NCBI GenBank assembly: GCA_052327205.1
Contig: CM126209.1
Coordinates: 200,632,001 to 200,696,000, forward strand
DNA: 64,000 bases
Direction: 5' to 3'
From: Somniosus microcephalus
Lineage: Eukaryota
Shown here piece by piece: positions 1 to 12,348 of this stretch. Each line of letters opens with the position of its first letter. Positions within the stretch are counted from its first letter, which is position 1. A program made the position numbers and the translations under genes. Under the pieces are notes generated by a model. That model saw only the letters and a list, made by a program, of their open reading frames with translations. It did no database searches and was not told where the DNA came from.

Positions 1-1162
1 AGATTGGGAACAGTTTAGGATTCAGCAAAGGAGGACAAAGGGATTAATTAAGAGGGGGAAAATAGAGTATGAGAGTAAGCTTGCAGGGAACATAAAAACT
101 GACTGTAAAAGCTTCTATAGATATGTGAAGAGAAAAAGATTGGTAAAGTCAAGCGTAGGTCCCTTGCAGTCAGAATCAGAGGAATTTATAATGGGGAACA
201 AAGACATGGCAGACCAATTAAATACATACCTTGGTTCTGTCTTCACAAAGGAGGACACAAATAAACTCCCAGAGATGTCGGGAAACATAGGGTCTAATGA
301 GAGGGAGGAACTGAATGAAATCAGTATTTGTAGGGAAATGGTGTTAGGGAAATTGACGGGATTGAAGGCTGAAAAATCCCCATGGCCTGATAATCTACAT
401 CCTAGGGTACTTAATTAGATGCATTGCTGGTCATCTTCCAAAATTTTATAGACTCTGGAACAGTTCCCATGGATTGGAGGGTAGCTAATGTAACCCCACT
501 TGGAAAACAGTGACAGGATCGGACAAAGTCAACATAGATTTATAAAAGGTAAATCATGCTTGACTAATCTACTGGAATTTTTTGAGGATGCAACTGGTAG
601 AATAGATAAGGGAGAACCACTGGATGTGGTGTATTTAGGCTTTCAGAAGGCTTTCGATAAGGTCCCACATAAGAGACTAGCATGTAAAGTTAAAGCACAT
701 GGGATTGGGGGTAAGGTATTGACTTGGATAGAAAACAGGTTGGCAGACAGGAAGCAAAGAGTTGGAATAAACCGGTATTTTTCCGAGTGGAAGGCAGTGA
801 CTAATGGGGTACCGCAGGGATCGGTGCTAGGACCCCAGTTATTCACAATATATATATTAATGATCTAGATGAGGGAACTAGATGTAATATCTCCAAGTTT
901 ACAGACAACACAAAGCTGGGTGGGCGTGCGTGCTGTGAGGAGGATGCAGAGAAACTCCAGTACAGAAGACAGTTGAGGCCAATTCATTAAATATATTCAA
1001 GAAGGAGTTAGATATATTTCTTAAGGCTAAGGGGATCACAGGATATGGGGAGAAAGCAGGGGCAGGGTACTGAATTTGGATGATCAGCCATGATCGCATT
1101 GCATGGCGGAGCAGGCTCGAGGGTCTGAATGGCCTACTCCTGCTCCTATCTTCTATGTTTCT
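1..1162 (+). mobile_element. CR1 LINE 3' portion (ORF2 RT remnant with internal deletions, 3' UTR)
   Basis: ORFs 125-418 and 500-868 carry CR1 motifs (GKSCLTNLLEFFE, AFDKVPH, GVPQGSVLGP); ends in GCCTACTCCTGCTCCTAT...TTCTATGTTTCTA; closely similar to 50546-52360. Confidence 0.95.
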
Positions 1163-2013
1163 AAAGGGGTAAAGTGAAGCTAGGAATGGCAGGTGTGCCT
1201 TGTACTTGGTACAGATTGTTGGTAGGTGAGAGATTTGTAGGGATGGTTGTGCATTGAGCAGTGTGTGAGGCTAGTGGTGCAGTTGGTAGTAGATGACTTT
1301 TTGAATATACATTCACTGACCTTGACCACTGGTCTGATGTCCTGAAGCTTCTTTGGGCACTGGACCCAGGTGGTGGGGGCAACACTGCTGGCAGTGATGG
1401 CCACGATGATCTAGTCCCACATCCTGCTTTCTGGAGGGCCTCCTGGCCTCTGTGGGTAGAGGACCTCTCTTGCAATGTTGACCCCCTGCACAAAGCTAGA
1501 GTGCTGCGTGTGAGACTCTGGGTCCTCCCCTGGCTTGCTGAGCCATTTGTGTTAGTGCTGAAGCACTTTTCCCATTTTCTTTACGTGCGGAAGGCAATTC
1601 CACATTAACAGCTGAAGACTGCCATTTGGGAATTATTTTTAATGTTAATTTTTTTTCAGAAGGCAGTTGAGCTCTAAGGGCTAAAAGCTGCCTTTTTTTT
1701 AAATGATTTTTATTTTTTTCATTTTAGAAGGCTGTTCACCTTTAAGGGACTGACACTGCTTTCTAAAATAACAGCCTTGGTTTAGGAGAAGGCTATTCTA
1801 GCTGCAATGACATTACGTCCACGCTACATTGGGCCTCCTGCTGAGACTACCACCCAAAAACCAGCCTTGCACAGTAAGTTTAGCACTGCACAAATGTTAA
1901 TTAGCAAGCAGCACCAATATACCAGTGCTGCCAGCACTATTCATTTTGGCAGCCGTTAGCTGTGGCTTACAGTGTCACTGGCAGGCTTCCACGCACTGGA
2001 ACTTTTAGCCCCC
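1163..2013 (-). mobile_element. PIF/Harbinger derivative: one terminus plus decayed Myb/SANT-like exon
   Basis: Colinear with 40563-41414; minus-strand peptide TTWVQCPKKLQDIRPVVK then GTCAGT donor; terminus ...ACTTTTAGCCCCC at 2013. Confidence 0.7.
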
Positions 2014-2819
2014 AGAATCATAGAAATTCACGGTACAGAAGGTGGCCATTCGGCCCATCGTGTCTGCACCGGTCGAAAAAGAGCTATCCAGCCTAATCCC
2101 ACTTTTCGGCTCTTGGTCCATAGCCTTGCAGGTTACGGCACTTCAAGTGCATATCCAAGTACTTTTTAAATGTGGTGAGAGTTCTGCCTCTACCACCCTT
2201 TCAGGCAGTGCATTCCAGACCCCTACCACCCTCTGGGTGAAAAATGTTCTCCTCAACTCCCTTCTAATCCTTCCACCAATTACTTTAAATCTGCGCCCCC
2301 TGGTTTTTGACCCCTCTGCTAAGGGAAACAGGTGCTTCCTATCCACTCTATCTAGGCCCCTCATAATTTTAAACACCTCAATTAAGTCTCCCCTCAGCCT
2401 CCTCTGTTCCAAAGAAAACAACCCCAGTCTATCCAATCTTTCCTCATAGCTAAAATTCTCTAGTCCTGGCAACATCGTCGTCAATCTCCTTTCTACCCTC
2501 TCTAGTGCAATCACATCTTTCCTGTAATGCGGTGACCAGAACTGTACGCAGTACTCTAGCTGTGGCCTAACTAGTGTTTTATACAGTTTTAGCATAACTT
2601 CTCTGCTCTTATATTCTATGCCTCGGCTAATAAAAGAAAGTATCCCATATGTCTTCTTAACCACCTTATCTACCTGTCCTGTTACCTTCAGGGATCTGTG
2701 GAACTGCACTCCAAGGTTCCTCTGTTCTTCTACATTTCTCAGTGTCCTACCATTTATTGTGTAATTCCTTGCCTTGTTAGCCCTCCCCAAATGCATTAAC
2801 TCACACTTCTCTAGATTGA

Positions 2820-3537
2820 GACCTGGGTGTCCTTGTGCACCAGTCGCTGAAGGTAAGCATGCAGGTGCAGCAGGCGGTTAAGAAGGTAAATGGTATGTTG
2901 GCCTTCGTAGCAAGAGGGTTTGAGTACAGGAACAAGGATGTCTTGCTGCAGTTGTACAGGGCCTTGGTGAGGCCACATTTTGAGTATTGTATGCAGTTTT
3001 GGTCACCTTATCTGAGGAAGGATGTTCTTGCCATGGAAGGAGTTCAGTGAAGATTCACCAGGCTGATACCTGGGATGGCAGGAATGACGTATGAAGAGAG
3101 ATTGGGTCGATTGGGCTTATACTCGCTGGAGTTTAGAAGAATGAGAGGGGATCTCATTGAAACTTATAAAATTCTGATAGGACTGGACAGACTAGATGCA
3201 GGAAGGATGTTCCCGATGGTCGGGGAGTCCAGAACCAGGGGTCACAGTCTAAGGATAAGGGGTAGGCCATTTAGGACAGAAATGAGGAGGAATTTCTTCA
3301 CCCAGAGAGTGGTGAACCTGTGGCATTCTCTACCACAGAAGGCAGTAGAGGCCAATTCATTAAATATATTCAAGAAGGAGTTGGATATATTTCTTAAGGC
3401 TAAAGGGATCAACGGATATGGGGAGAAAGCAGGGACAGGGTACTGAATTTGGATGATCAGCCATGATCGCACTGAATGGCGGAGCAGGCTCGAGGGGCCG
3501 AATGGCCTACTCCTGCTCCTATTTTCTATGTTTCTAT
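2820..3537 (+). mobile_element. 5'-truncated CR1 inserted into the minus-strand CR1
   Basis: ORFs 2835-3050 and 3075-3446 are CR1 ORF2 C-terminus; TTCTATG-repeat tail at 3523-3538. Confidence 0.93.
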
Positions 3538-3914
3538 GAAGTCCATTTGCCACTTTTCTGCCCACCTGACCAGTCCATTGATATCTACAGCTATCTTCCT
3601 CACTATCAATCACACAGCTAATTTTTGTATCATCTGCAAACTTCTTAATCATGCCTCCTACATTGAAGTCTAAATCATTGATATAGACCACGAAAAGCAA
3701 GGGACCGAGTACTGAGCCCTGTGGAACCCCATTGGAAACAGCCTTCCGGTCAGAAAATCACACGTCGACCATTATCCTTTTCTTCCTGCCACTGAGCCAA
3801 TTTTGGATCCAACTTGCCACTTTCCCTTGGATCCCATGGGCTTTTACTATTTTGACCAACCTGCCATGTGGGACCTTGTCAAAGGCCTTGCTAAAATCCA
3901 TGTAGACTACATCT

Positions 3915-4099
3915 TGTAATGATCAGTAACATGTCATTCTAGAATGGTACACTAGGTGGAGCTGTATGTTTAGTAGGGGGCTACCCACAAGGCAGTAGTC
4001 AAGATGGATGCCTGTACACTAGTCCACATGGCTGAATAAATGACTAGCTCAAGCTAGCTGTTCATAATGAAAAACGTCTATTTATTTATGAACATAACA
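3915..4099 (+). repeat. 5' LTR of Gypsy #1
   Basis: Direct repeat of 8932-9114; 4 substitutions and one 2-bp indel counted by eye. Confidence 0.97.
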
Positions 4100-4115
4100 T
4101 GGTACCAGGATTGGT
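4100..4115 (+). promoter_or_regulatory. Primer-binding site, probably tRNA-Leu(TAA)
   Basis: TGGTACCAGGA directly after the LTR, complementary to the recalled vertebrate tRNA-Leu(TAA) 3' end ...UCCUGGUACCA. Confidence 0.7.
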
Positions 4116-4145
4116 AATATCTGCTGAATATTGTGAAACGTGACA

Positions 4146-7100
4146 TGGAGAATTTGAAGCCACCGGAGGGTTTGAAACTCACGGGGAATGTTAACTGCAA
4201 TTGGCGGACTTGCAAACAACAATTCGAACTCTATATTGCTGCCATCGGGTTCGGTACGATGCCAGACGCAAGGAAAATAGCATTGCTGCTCATGGTTGCA
4301 GGCCCGCAGGTGATAGAGGTATTTAATATGTTTGTATTTGATCAAGAGGAGGACAGAGAAAAAATGGACAATGTGCTAAAGAAGTTTGATACACATTGTT
4401 CTCCCAAAAAGAATGAGACCTATGAGAGGTACGTGTTCCGTTCACGGACACAGCAGCAAAATGAGACTTTTAATAGCTTTGTGACCGATCTGAAACTGAA
4501 AGCACAGACATGTAATTTCTCTGAACTGAAATCATCCATGATTCGTGCCCAGATTGTGTTTGGTATTCATGATAAAAAGGTCAGGGAACGTTTGTTGAGA
4601 GAAACCAAACTAACATTGGATGATGCTGTGAAAATATGCCATGCAAGTGAGCTAGCTCAAAAGCACGCAAAGACTTTCAGTGAAATTAATAATGATGCGA
4701 CTGTAATGAGTGACTGTGCTGCTGTCAGTGCTGTGTCCTACAAAGGGAAGAAACATGGGCAGAACAGAAATGCAAAGCAATCGGAGGATGGCATTTTTAA
4801 TTGTAAACGCTGTGGTTACCAGCACCAGTCAAGACAATGCCCTGCGTTTGGGAAAATGTGCACAAAATGTAATGGAAAGAATCACTTTGCCAAACAATGC
4901 TTTTCAAAAGTATAAACAAAGAAAGGGCAACAAGTCAATGTGATTGAGGACACTGATTTAAGTGAGACATTTTTTGTAGGAATGGTGTCATGTGACAATA
5001 TCGAAAAGGATACAGAAAATGTGCAGCCCTCAGGAATGGACAATGCTGAACATAAAGTTAATGCAGTAAAAGAGGACAAATGGATAATGCCACTGCAGGT
5101 AAATGGAGCATTAGTTACATTGAAACTAGACACTGGGGCAAAAGCAAACTTAATCAGCATGAGTGACATTAAAAATATGAAAATAAAGCCCAAAATACAG
5201 AAAAAGCCAGGACTACTGAAGAACTATAATGGACAGAAAATAGATAGCTTCGGTGTATGCACACTTAAAGTGACAGTCAAAGACAAAGTGCATCATCTCA
5301 TGTTTTCTGTTGTGGCTGAAGGACTTGATTCACTACTAGGTGACAAAGCTTGTGAGGACTTAGAACTGGTCAAGAGAGTCTACCGTATAAACTGTGCCAT
5401 AAGCAGACCAGATGATTCAGTGGATTCTGTAGTGAGTAATTTCCAGGATGTGTTCAAAGGATTTGGAGTTCTACCATTCACTTACAAGATCCAGCTAAAG
5501 GAGGATGCTCAGCCAGTGGTACATGCTCCATGGAGAGTTCCAGCACCCCTGCGTGACCGGCTCAAGAAGGAACTGGACAGAATGACCACACTAGGAGTCA
5601 TCAGGAAAGTCGAAGAGCCAACTGACTGGGTTAACTCCATGGTATGTGTAAAGAAAAAGAACAATGATCTAAGAGTATGCATGGATCCAAAGGACTTAAA
5701 TGCAAACATAAAACGTGAACGCTACCAGATTCCCAAGCGAGAAGAAATCACCAGTGAAATGTCAGGTGCCAGATACTTTACAAAGCTCGATGCCTCACAA
5801 GGATTTTGGCAACTAAAACTGGATGAAGAGAGCACCAAATACTGTACCTTCAACACACCATTTGGCAGGTATTGTTTCCTCAGAATGCCTTTCGGGATAA
5901 TATCTGCATCTGAAATCTTTCATAGAGCGATGGAACACATAATTGAAGGTCTGAAAGGAGTTAGGGTCCATGTTGATGACATCATCATCTGGGGCTCCAC
6001 ACTGAAAGAACACAATGAGAGACTGACTAAAGTGCTACAGAGCATACGCCGGAATGGACTGAAGCTCAACAAAGCCAAGTGTCAGTTTGGCATCCAGGAA
6101 GTCACTTTCCTAGGAGATAATCTATCTGGTAAAGGAATAGAGCCAGATATGGAAAAAGTAAACGCCATACTCAATATGCCCCGACCCACTGACAAAAAAG
6201 GAGTGCTACGCATCATGGGGATGATAAACTTCATTGGAAAGTTCATTCCTAACTTGTCAGCCAAGACAGCCTGTCTGTGAGACCTGCTACATAAAACAAA
6301 TGAGTTCGCATGGACAGAAAGACATGAACAAGAGTAGATGAACCTCAAAACAGTGCTGACAACCACACCTGTACTCACCTTCTTTGACCCAACAAAGAGA
6401 ATCAAAGTGTCAACGGATGCATCAAAAATGGCCTAGGCGCGGTCTTGCTACAAGCAGAGGGTGAAGATTGGAAGCCTGTTGCCTATGCCTCCAGGTCTAT
6501 GACTGACTCTGAGTGTCGATACGCCCAGATTGAAAAGGAATGTCAAGGCTTGGTAGTTGGACTAGAAAAGTTCCATGGCTACATATATGGACTTCCCACC
6601 TTCACAGTTGAGACAGACCACTGCCCACTGGTTGCCATCATAAAAAAAAAATCTGAATGAGATGTCTCCTAGAATTCAACGACTCATGATGAAGCTGCAA
6701 AGATATGGCTTTGAACTGATCTACACACCAGGCAAACACATAGGCCTAGAAATTAGGTTTGCCTCCGCCAGGGCTTTTGCGCCCGAAATGTTGCGCCCGC
6801 GATAATTGCCGCTGCGCCCGCCAAAAATTCAGCTGCCCCGCGCCCAGACGGCTGCGGGCGCTAATGGAGGGTTTCAGCGCCTCGCTATGGGCGCTGAATG
6901 CAGGTTTGCGGCGCTAATCCCCCGCTGCGGCACCCGATGCGGTGCGGCAGGCTGGGGTACTGCAGGCCTCCTCCTTCTGTTAAGGAGGAGCTGCCTGCAG
7001 CCGACCGCTGACCGGTCGATTCGCCCGACAAATGAGCCCGGCACCTCAGAGAAGTGCTGGGCTCGCGGGCCACACACATCAGTGCCGCGGGGGGGTGGTG

Positions 7101-8790
7101 GAGGAGTCCGGGGAGGGAGGTGCGGGCAGGCGGCCGCCGGGAAAGCGGCCGGCCGCCGCTCCACCTTAATGCGCCGGCGCTACGTGCTGCAACATCCCGT
7201 TGAACAATCGTTGGTTGCGGCTGCCACGGGCGAGGCGGCCGCAACTGAATTTACCACGGCAACCGGGACGCTGCGCACACCGATGACGTCATCGGTGCCG
7301 GCACAGCGCTACCGGCTAACGCCGATGGTAGGGCCCAACGCAATTTCGATCGCGGCTATAATTCCGGCGCAAGGCCCTCTAACGCCTCTAATTGGGCGCT
7401 AACCCCACCGAATTTCTAGGCCATAGTGTTAGCAGATGCACTATCCCGAGCACCCACAATGAGTCATGTGAGCTCTACTGAGGAAGACGTGGATGGTCAT
7501 GTGAGTATGGTCACTGCTGCGCTGCCCGTGTCAGACACAAAATCAAAGCAAATAGCAGAAGAAACAGTAAAAGATACAGTGTTACAAACAGTAATAGAGA
7601 ACATTCATCATGGTTGGCCAAAAGGTTCCTGTCCAAAGTACTATCACATCAGGTCAGAGTTAAGAATTCGCAAGTGGACTATTACTAAAACAGAACAGAA
7701 TAGTCATTCCACAGGCTCTATGTGAAGACATGCTCAAAAGGATTCATGAGGGACACCTCGGAATTGAAAAATGCAAAAGGAGAGCAAGAGACACTGTTTA
7801 TTGGCCTGGCATAAATAAGGACATTGAGAACATGATAGGCATATGTGAGACATGTCAGAAACACCAAAACAAACAAGCAAAGGAACCAATGGTAGTAGCT
7901 GACTTACCAACAGCACCATGGCAAAAGGTTGGTATGGACCTCTTTCATTTGAATGGTAAAGACTATCTAATAGTGATTGACTACTTTCTAACTATCCTGA
8001 GATGGCGCTGCTCTCAAGCACATCAGCAAGCAGTGTCATACTGCATGTTAAATCCATCTTCGCAAGACATGGAATTCCCAGGATTGCCGTTAGCGACAAT
8101 GGTCCGTGCTTCAACTGTAAGGCGTGGCAACAGTTTGCAGCACATTATGACTTTCAGCACATCACATCCAGTCCTCTGTATGCTCAGTCGAATGGTAAGG
8201 CAGAGAAAGGTGTTCAAGTTCTCAAACAGCTACTGAAGAAAGCAACAGAAAGCAAGTCTGATCCTTATCTCGCCCTGCTGAGCTACCGAGCCTCCCCTTT
8301 AGACTGTGGTTCTTCACCTGCTGAACTCCTAATGGGTCGCAAGTTGTGCACCACGCTACCCTGCTGTGCAAAAGAAAAGCAGAGTAAGGAACTGAGACAG
8401 AGACTTCAATTGTTAAAGCTGAAACAGAAATCACACTATGACAAGTCATCCAAAACTCTGAAACCATTGACAAGGGATGATGTTGTCAGGATTGAGGATC
8501 CAGATGCATGGAACAGGAAAGCTACAGTTCTTGAGGAAGTAGGACCAAGGTCATACACTGTTAGAACTGAGGAAGGACAGATTCTCAGGAGGAACCGCCG
8601 TTCCCTCCTGAAAACACAAGAAACTATCCAAGAGCAAATCGATGACAATGCCGCAACTGAATCTTGTCACTCACCACCAGAACAATCTAACACAAACACA
8701 CATACAGGCTCTCATGAAAACACATCAGACTTACCTGTGCTGAGAAGATCCACACGTGAAGTAAAAAAGCCTGATAGACTTAATCTTTGA
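4146..8790 (+). pseudogene. Gypsy gag-pol pseudogene (gag CCHC, protease, RT, RNase H, integrase)
   Basis: Gag knuckle CTKCNGKNHFAKQC; PR LKLDTGA; RT KLDASQGFWQ, RMPFG, HVDD; RH YAQIEKE; INT HEGHLG...CETC, SDNGP, SNGKAEK; in-frame stop 4913-4915, further stops/frameshifts and a MITE insertion. Confidence 0.95.
6743..7422. mobile_element. PIF/Harbinger-type MITE inserted in Gypsy pol
   Basis: 12-bp TIR GGCCTAGAAATT / AATTTCTAGGCC; 3-bp TSD ATA (6740-6742, 7423-7425); excision restores YTPGKH-IVLADALSR. Confidence 0.93.
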
Positions 8791-8931
8791 GTACAAAGAA
8801 AACTATAATAAAAGAATGAAAAGCTTAAAGTTCATAAAGTAAAGCTTTGAAAATGTGTTGACTGTTGTGAAGATGTTTATGTCGTTATGATTGATTGATA
8901 TTGATTTTGTTTAACCTCTAAGGAAGGGGGA

Positions 8932-9114
8932 TGTAATGATCAGTAACATGTCATTCTAGAATGGTACACTAGGTGGAGCTGTATGTTTAGTAGGGGGCTA
9001 CCCACAAGGCAGTAGTCAAGATGGATGCCCGTATACTAGTCCACATGGCTGAATAAATGACTAGCTCAAGCTAGCTGTTCATAATAAAAAACGCCTATTT
9101 ATTTATGAATAACA
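8932..9114 (+). repeat. 3' LTR of Gypsy #1
   Basis: Direct repeat of 3915-4099 preceded by polypurine tract. Confidence 0.97.
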
Positions 9115-10074
9115 CATCAAATGCACTACCTTCATCAACTCTCCTCATTACCTCCTCAAAAAGTTCAGTCAAGTTAGTCAGACACGACCTTCCCTTAACA
9201 AATCTATGCTGACTGTCCTTAATTATTCTGTAACTTTATAAATGATGATTTATACTGTCCCTCAGAATTTTTTCAAATAATTTGCCCGCCGCCGAGGTTA
9301 GGCTGACTGGCCTGTAATTATTCGGTCTATCCCGTTCTCCCTTTTTAAACAATGATACAACATTAGCAGTCCTCCAGCTTTTGTTCTCCAAGATATCCTG
9401 GTTTGTGCTCTGGATATCAAGGAGCATGGTGAAACAGACTGACCGATTAGACAGATGTAGATGTAGTGTATCTGGATTTTCAGAAAGTGTTTAATAAGGT
9501 GTCTCACAAGAGGCTTGATAGAAAAATTCAGGCCTATGAACGTCAATGCCTGCTTGCCTTCAGCGAAGGTCTTGCTGGCTGGTAAAATGGTGACTGGCAT
9601 GAAGACAACATGAATCAGATGAGTAGCTTGTTGCTAGGATTTTAACCCCACGCACACACAGGGAGCGGGGTGAAAATCAGGGCTATAGAGTCTATAGGAA
9701 AAATATTGGGAGGTTTTCCTGTCAGTGACTTAACACTTATTTTAAAAGAGGAGAGCGGTTCCTGTTAATTTAGAGAAAAATCAAAAAACTGGCTGGTCAG
9801 GCTGGAAAGAGGTTCCAAAAGGGTCCTGCAGGGGTAAGTCTAGCAACTGTTGCTATTTTAATATATATCTTAATCAGATGGGCAAAGGAACACTAAGCAA
9901 AATCTCCATATTAGAAGATGATATCAAAATAGAAGGTATGATCTAAAATGTACCTTTCAAGTCCAATATTTTGACGTCACTGACCCTTTTGCATAATGTA
10001 ATGCAACAAGATTCAGAAGCATTTTGGATTATTCAGGTAGCTAGTGTAATTAAAGGTGGATAAGTGAAAACAAT

Positions 10075-10510
10075 GGCCCAGAAATTCCAGAATGGGGCTT
10101 GCAGCGCGTGCAAGCCCCGTATTTACACTTACCCCGCGCTACTGACGATCAGCTCCAGGGACGCCTGGACTTGGTGAATGAAAAAGAAGAATCCCGGGCA
10201 GCGTATGACGTCACGCCACCCAGGAGTGCAGCCAGCGCGAAGCCAGGAGCGTGCAGTGTAAGTGAGACACGCCCCTTGAGGCCTCAGTTTCACTGGACAC
10301 GCCCCCAATGTTTCTGTCAAGCTGCTAAGGATTTTTACATGCAAAGCAGCAGTTTAAATAGGTTTTTGGAAGTTTTTTGAAGATTTTGGTAACTTTTATA
10401 AACTTTTTTAAATGTTTACATTATTTTGAGTAACCTGAAGTAGTTTTAAAGAGAATTAAAGCAATTTAAAGACTTTTAAAAGCCCTAAAAGAATTTTTTT
10501 AATTCCATTT
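10075..10510. mobile_element. Harbinger-type MITE left part
   Basis: Starts GGCCCAGAAATTCC like other MITE termini in the window; GC-rich then AT-rich body. Confidence 0.6.
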
Positions 10511-10524
10511 ATTTATTTAGCAAT

Positions 10525-10870
10525 GTCGTCGTCATACGTGTCTTCACACTGTTCCCTTTGGGGAACTGTATGAAGTGGTGGAAGGATTTATGGCTGTGAT
10601 TAACGCTCATTCCGTGACCGTAACCATCTTTGAACCAGCCATTAGGGCGGTTAGTCCTATGGCGGGAGGGTTTTACGGGCTCCCACAAGCTATACAAGGA
10701 GGGGGGGCCACCCACACCCACGGACGCAAATATCCCACTGGATGTCAACCCAGAATTTAGAGCCGGAGCTCCGACTCCACTTGCCGGGACTGTCTGGAGC
10801 GGGGTTCGAAACCCTACCCTGATCTGGCCCAGCGGCGGGGATCCTACCGCTATGACAAAGGCCCAATCCG
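10525..10870 (-). mobile_element. tRNA-derived SINE-like element, copy 1
   Basis: Minus strand: A-box-like CATAGCGGTAGG, B-box GGTTTCGAACCC, tail ATGACGACGAC; inverted homolog of 10954-11298. Confidence 0.65.
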
Positions 10871-10953
10871 ATTAGCAACGTGAAATGGCAGCATAGGGCT
10901 CCAGTCACGGGGAGGGAAAAGGCGCAGGAAACGTATGGGTGTCACCTTTTGTG

Positions 10954-11298
10954 CGGAGTGGGCCTTTTGCGTAGCAGTAAGCATCCCCGCCGCTGGGCCA
11001 GAAGAAGTAGGGTTTTGAACCCCACTCCAGACAGTCCCGGCAAGTGGAGTCGGAGTTCCAACTTTAAATTCTGGGTGGACATCCAGCGGGATACTTGCGT
11101 CCGTGGGTGTTGGTGGCCCCCCCCCTCAGATGGGTTGTGGGAGCCCGTAAAACCCTCCCGCCATAGGACTAACCACCCTAATGGCTGGTTCAAAGATGGT
11201 TACGGTCACGGAATGAGCGTTAATCACGGCCATAAATCCTTCCACCATTTCATACAGTTCCCCAAAGGGAACAGTGTGAGGATACGTACGATGATGAC
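10954..11298 (+). mobile_element. tRNA-derived SINE-like element, copy 2
   Basis: Head CGTAGCAGTAAGCATCCCCGCC...GGTTTTGAACCCCACTCCAG; tail ACGATGATGAC. Confidence 0.65.
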
Positions 11299-11396
11299 CT
11301 CTTGCGCAATGCACCTCCTTGGACCCTCAGTCGCAGATGCGAGGGGGCAAGTCGTGCAATTGTTAAATTTTTCATTTTATTGACATGTAAAATGTT

Positions 11397-12348
11397 GGCC
11401 CAGTAATTCCCTTCCAACTGCGCGAGTACGGTCGGGGTACTTACGCATCTGGCCGGATGAAATGCCGGTTTTCAGCATGCACAGTGCTTTTGGGGAAAAC
11501 CGGCATTTCCTGTCCTCTGAACGAAGGGGTTCAGAGGCAGAACGCGTGCGACTGCACAGGCAGCGCGTGCGCAGTATAATTCGCTGCTTTCATTACTGCT
11601 TTCAGTGAGGTCAAGTCCTTACAACTTACACATGAAAAAAGCATGGGTACAGTTGCTGCAGAGGCTGCGGAGGAAGATATTTCTTATCGTGGAGCTTCTG
11701 AAAGTATGTATGTCTGTATATATTCCTTTGCGTGTTATGTATATATTCCTTTACTTATGTGTATGAATGTATTATTTAATTATGACTTTCAGAGAAAGTA
11801 ACTTATTTGAAAATCATAATTAAAAACATACATTCATACACATTAGTAAAGGAATATAAAACATACATACATATACGTAAAGGAATATATGTGGACATAC
11901 ATACATAACTCATTCTCACATTCCATTCACACAGCCACAATTGCTCCTTCTACCTACCGTTCTGAAAACCCTTTTTAAAAAAAAAAAAAAAAAATTTTAA
12001 CTTTAAAACTTACTTAAAATTTCTTAAAATAACTTCCCTCCCTTTCCCAAACAAAAATATTGCATTTCAGAAGCTCCACGATAAAATGTTTCTTCCTCCG
12101 CAGCCAATGAACCACTTTACACTTGCTTTTTTCAAGTGTAACTTCTGAGGACTTACCCTCACGGATTTCATGAATGAAATCTACGAAGTTCACTGCGCAA
12201 GCGCTGCCTGTGCAGTCGCACGCGCTCGAGGTCTGGAAATGCCGGCGTTCCCCGCATGCGCTGTTCATGCTGAACGCCGGCATTTCCAACGGCCAGATGC
12301 GTGAGTACCCCGAGCGCACTCACGCCTTTGGCCGCGAATTTCTGGCCC
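11397..12348. mobile_element. Foldback-like Harbinger-type MITE with ~300-bp imperfect TIRs and an internal AT-rich hairpin
   Basis: 11397-11703 is the inverted homolog of 12063-12348; termini GGCCCAGTAATT / AATTTCTGGCCC. Confidence 0.8.

Larger units (their letters stand above)
3915..9114 (+). mobile_element. Full-length decayed Ty3/Gypsy LTR retrotransposon #1
   Basis: TG...CA LTRs 3915-4099 and 8932-9114; PBS at 4100; PPT AAGGAAGGGGGA 8920-8931; TSD CATCT/CATCA; domain order gag-PR-RT-RH-INT. Confidence 0.97.
2014..9376 (-). mobile_element. CR1 LINE (minus) split into 2014-2819, 3538-3914 and 9115-9376 by later insertions
   Basis: ORFs 2143-2796, part of 3242-3700 (YINDLD...KFADDTK) and 9236-9427 (NYRPVSLTS) are consecutive ORF2 parts; sequence rejoins across both insertions. 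Confidence 0.9.

Noticed and set aside
2042-2449. Antisense ORFs over CR1 (also 22728-23228, 49617-50114, 51199-51603)
   Set aside because: Shadow frames of CR1 ORF2, not independent genes
4913-4915. Programmed gag-pol readthrough
   Set aside because: Element has many other stops and frameshifts; a nonsense mutation in a single gag-pol ORF is simpler
6806-7402. 198-aa ORF inside Gypsy as a captured gene
   Set aside because: Lies within a GC-rich MITE, open in several frames, no recognisable domain
10954-11033. Functional tRNA gene (also 29040-29113 and 29420-29512)
   Set aside because: No convincing cloverleaf; each continues into a retroposon body
10551-11272. DIRS-type inverted terminal repeats (GTTCCC...GGGAAC hairpin)
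   Set aside because: Inverted homology extends ~25 bp beyond the hairpin into trinucleotide tails, and inner ends carry A/B boxes; SINE pair fits better
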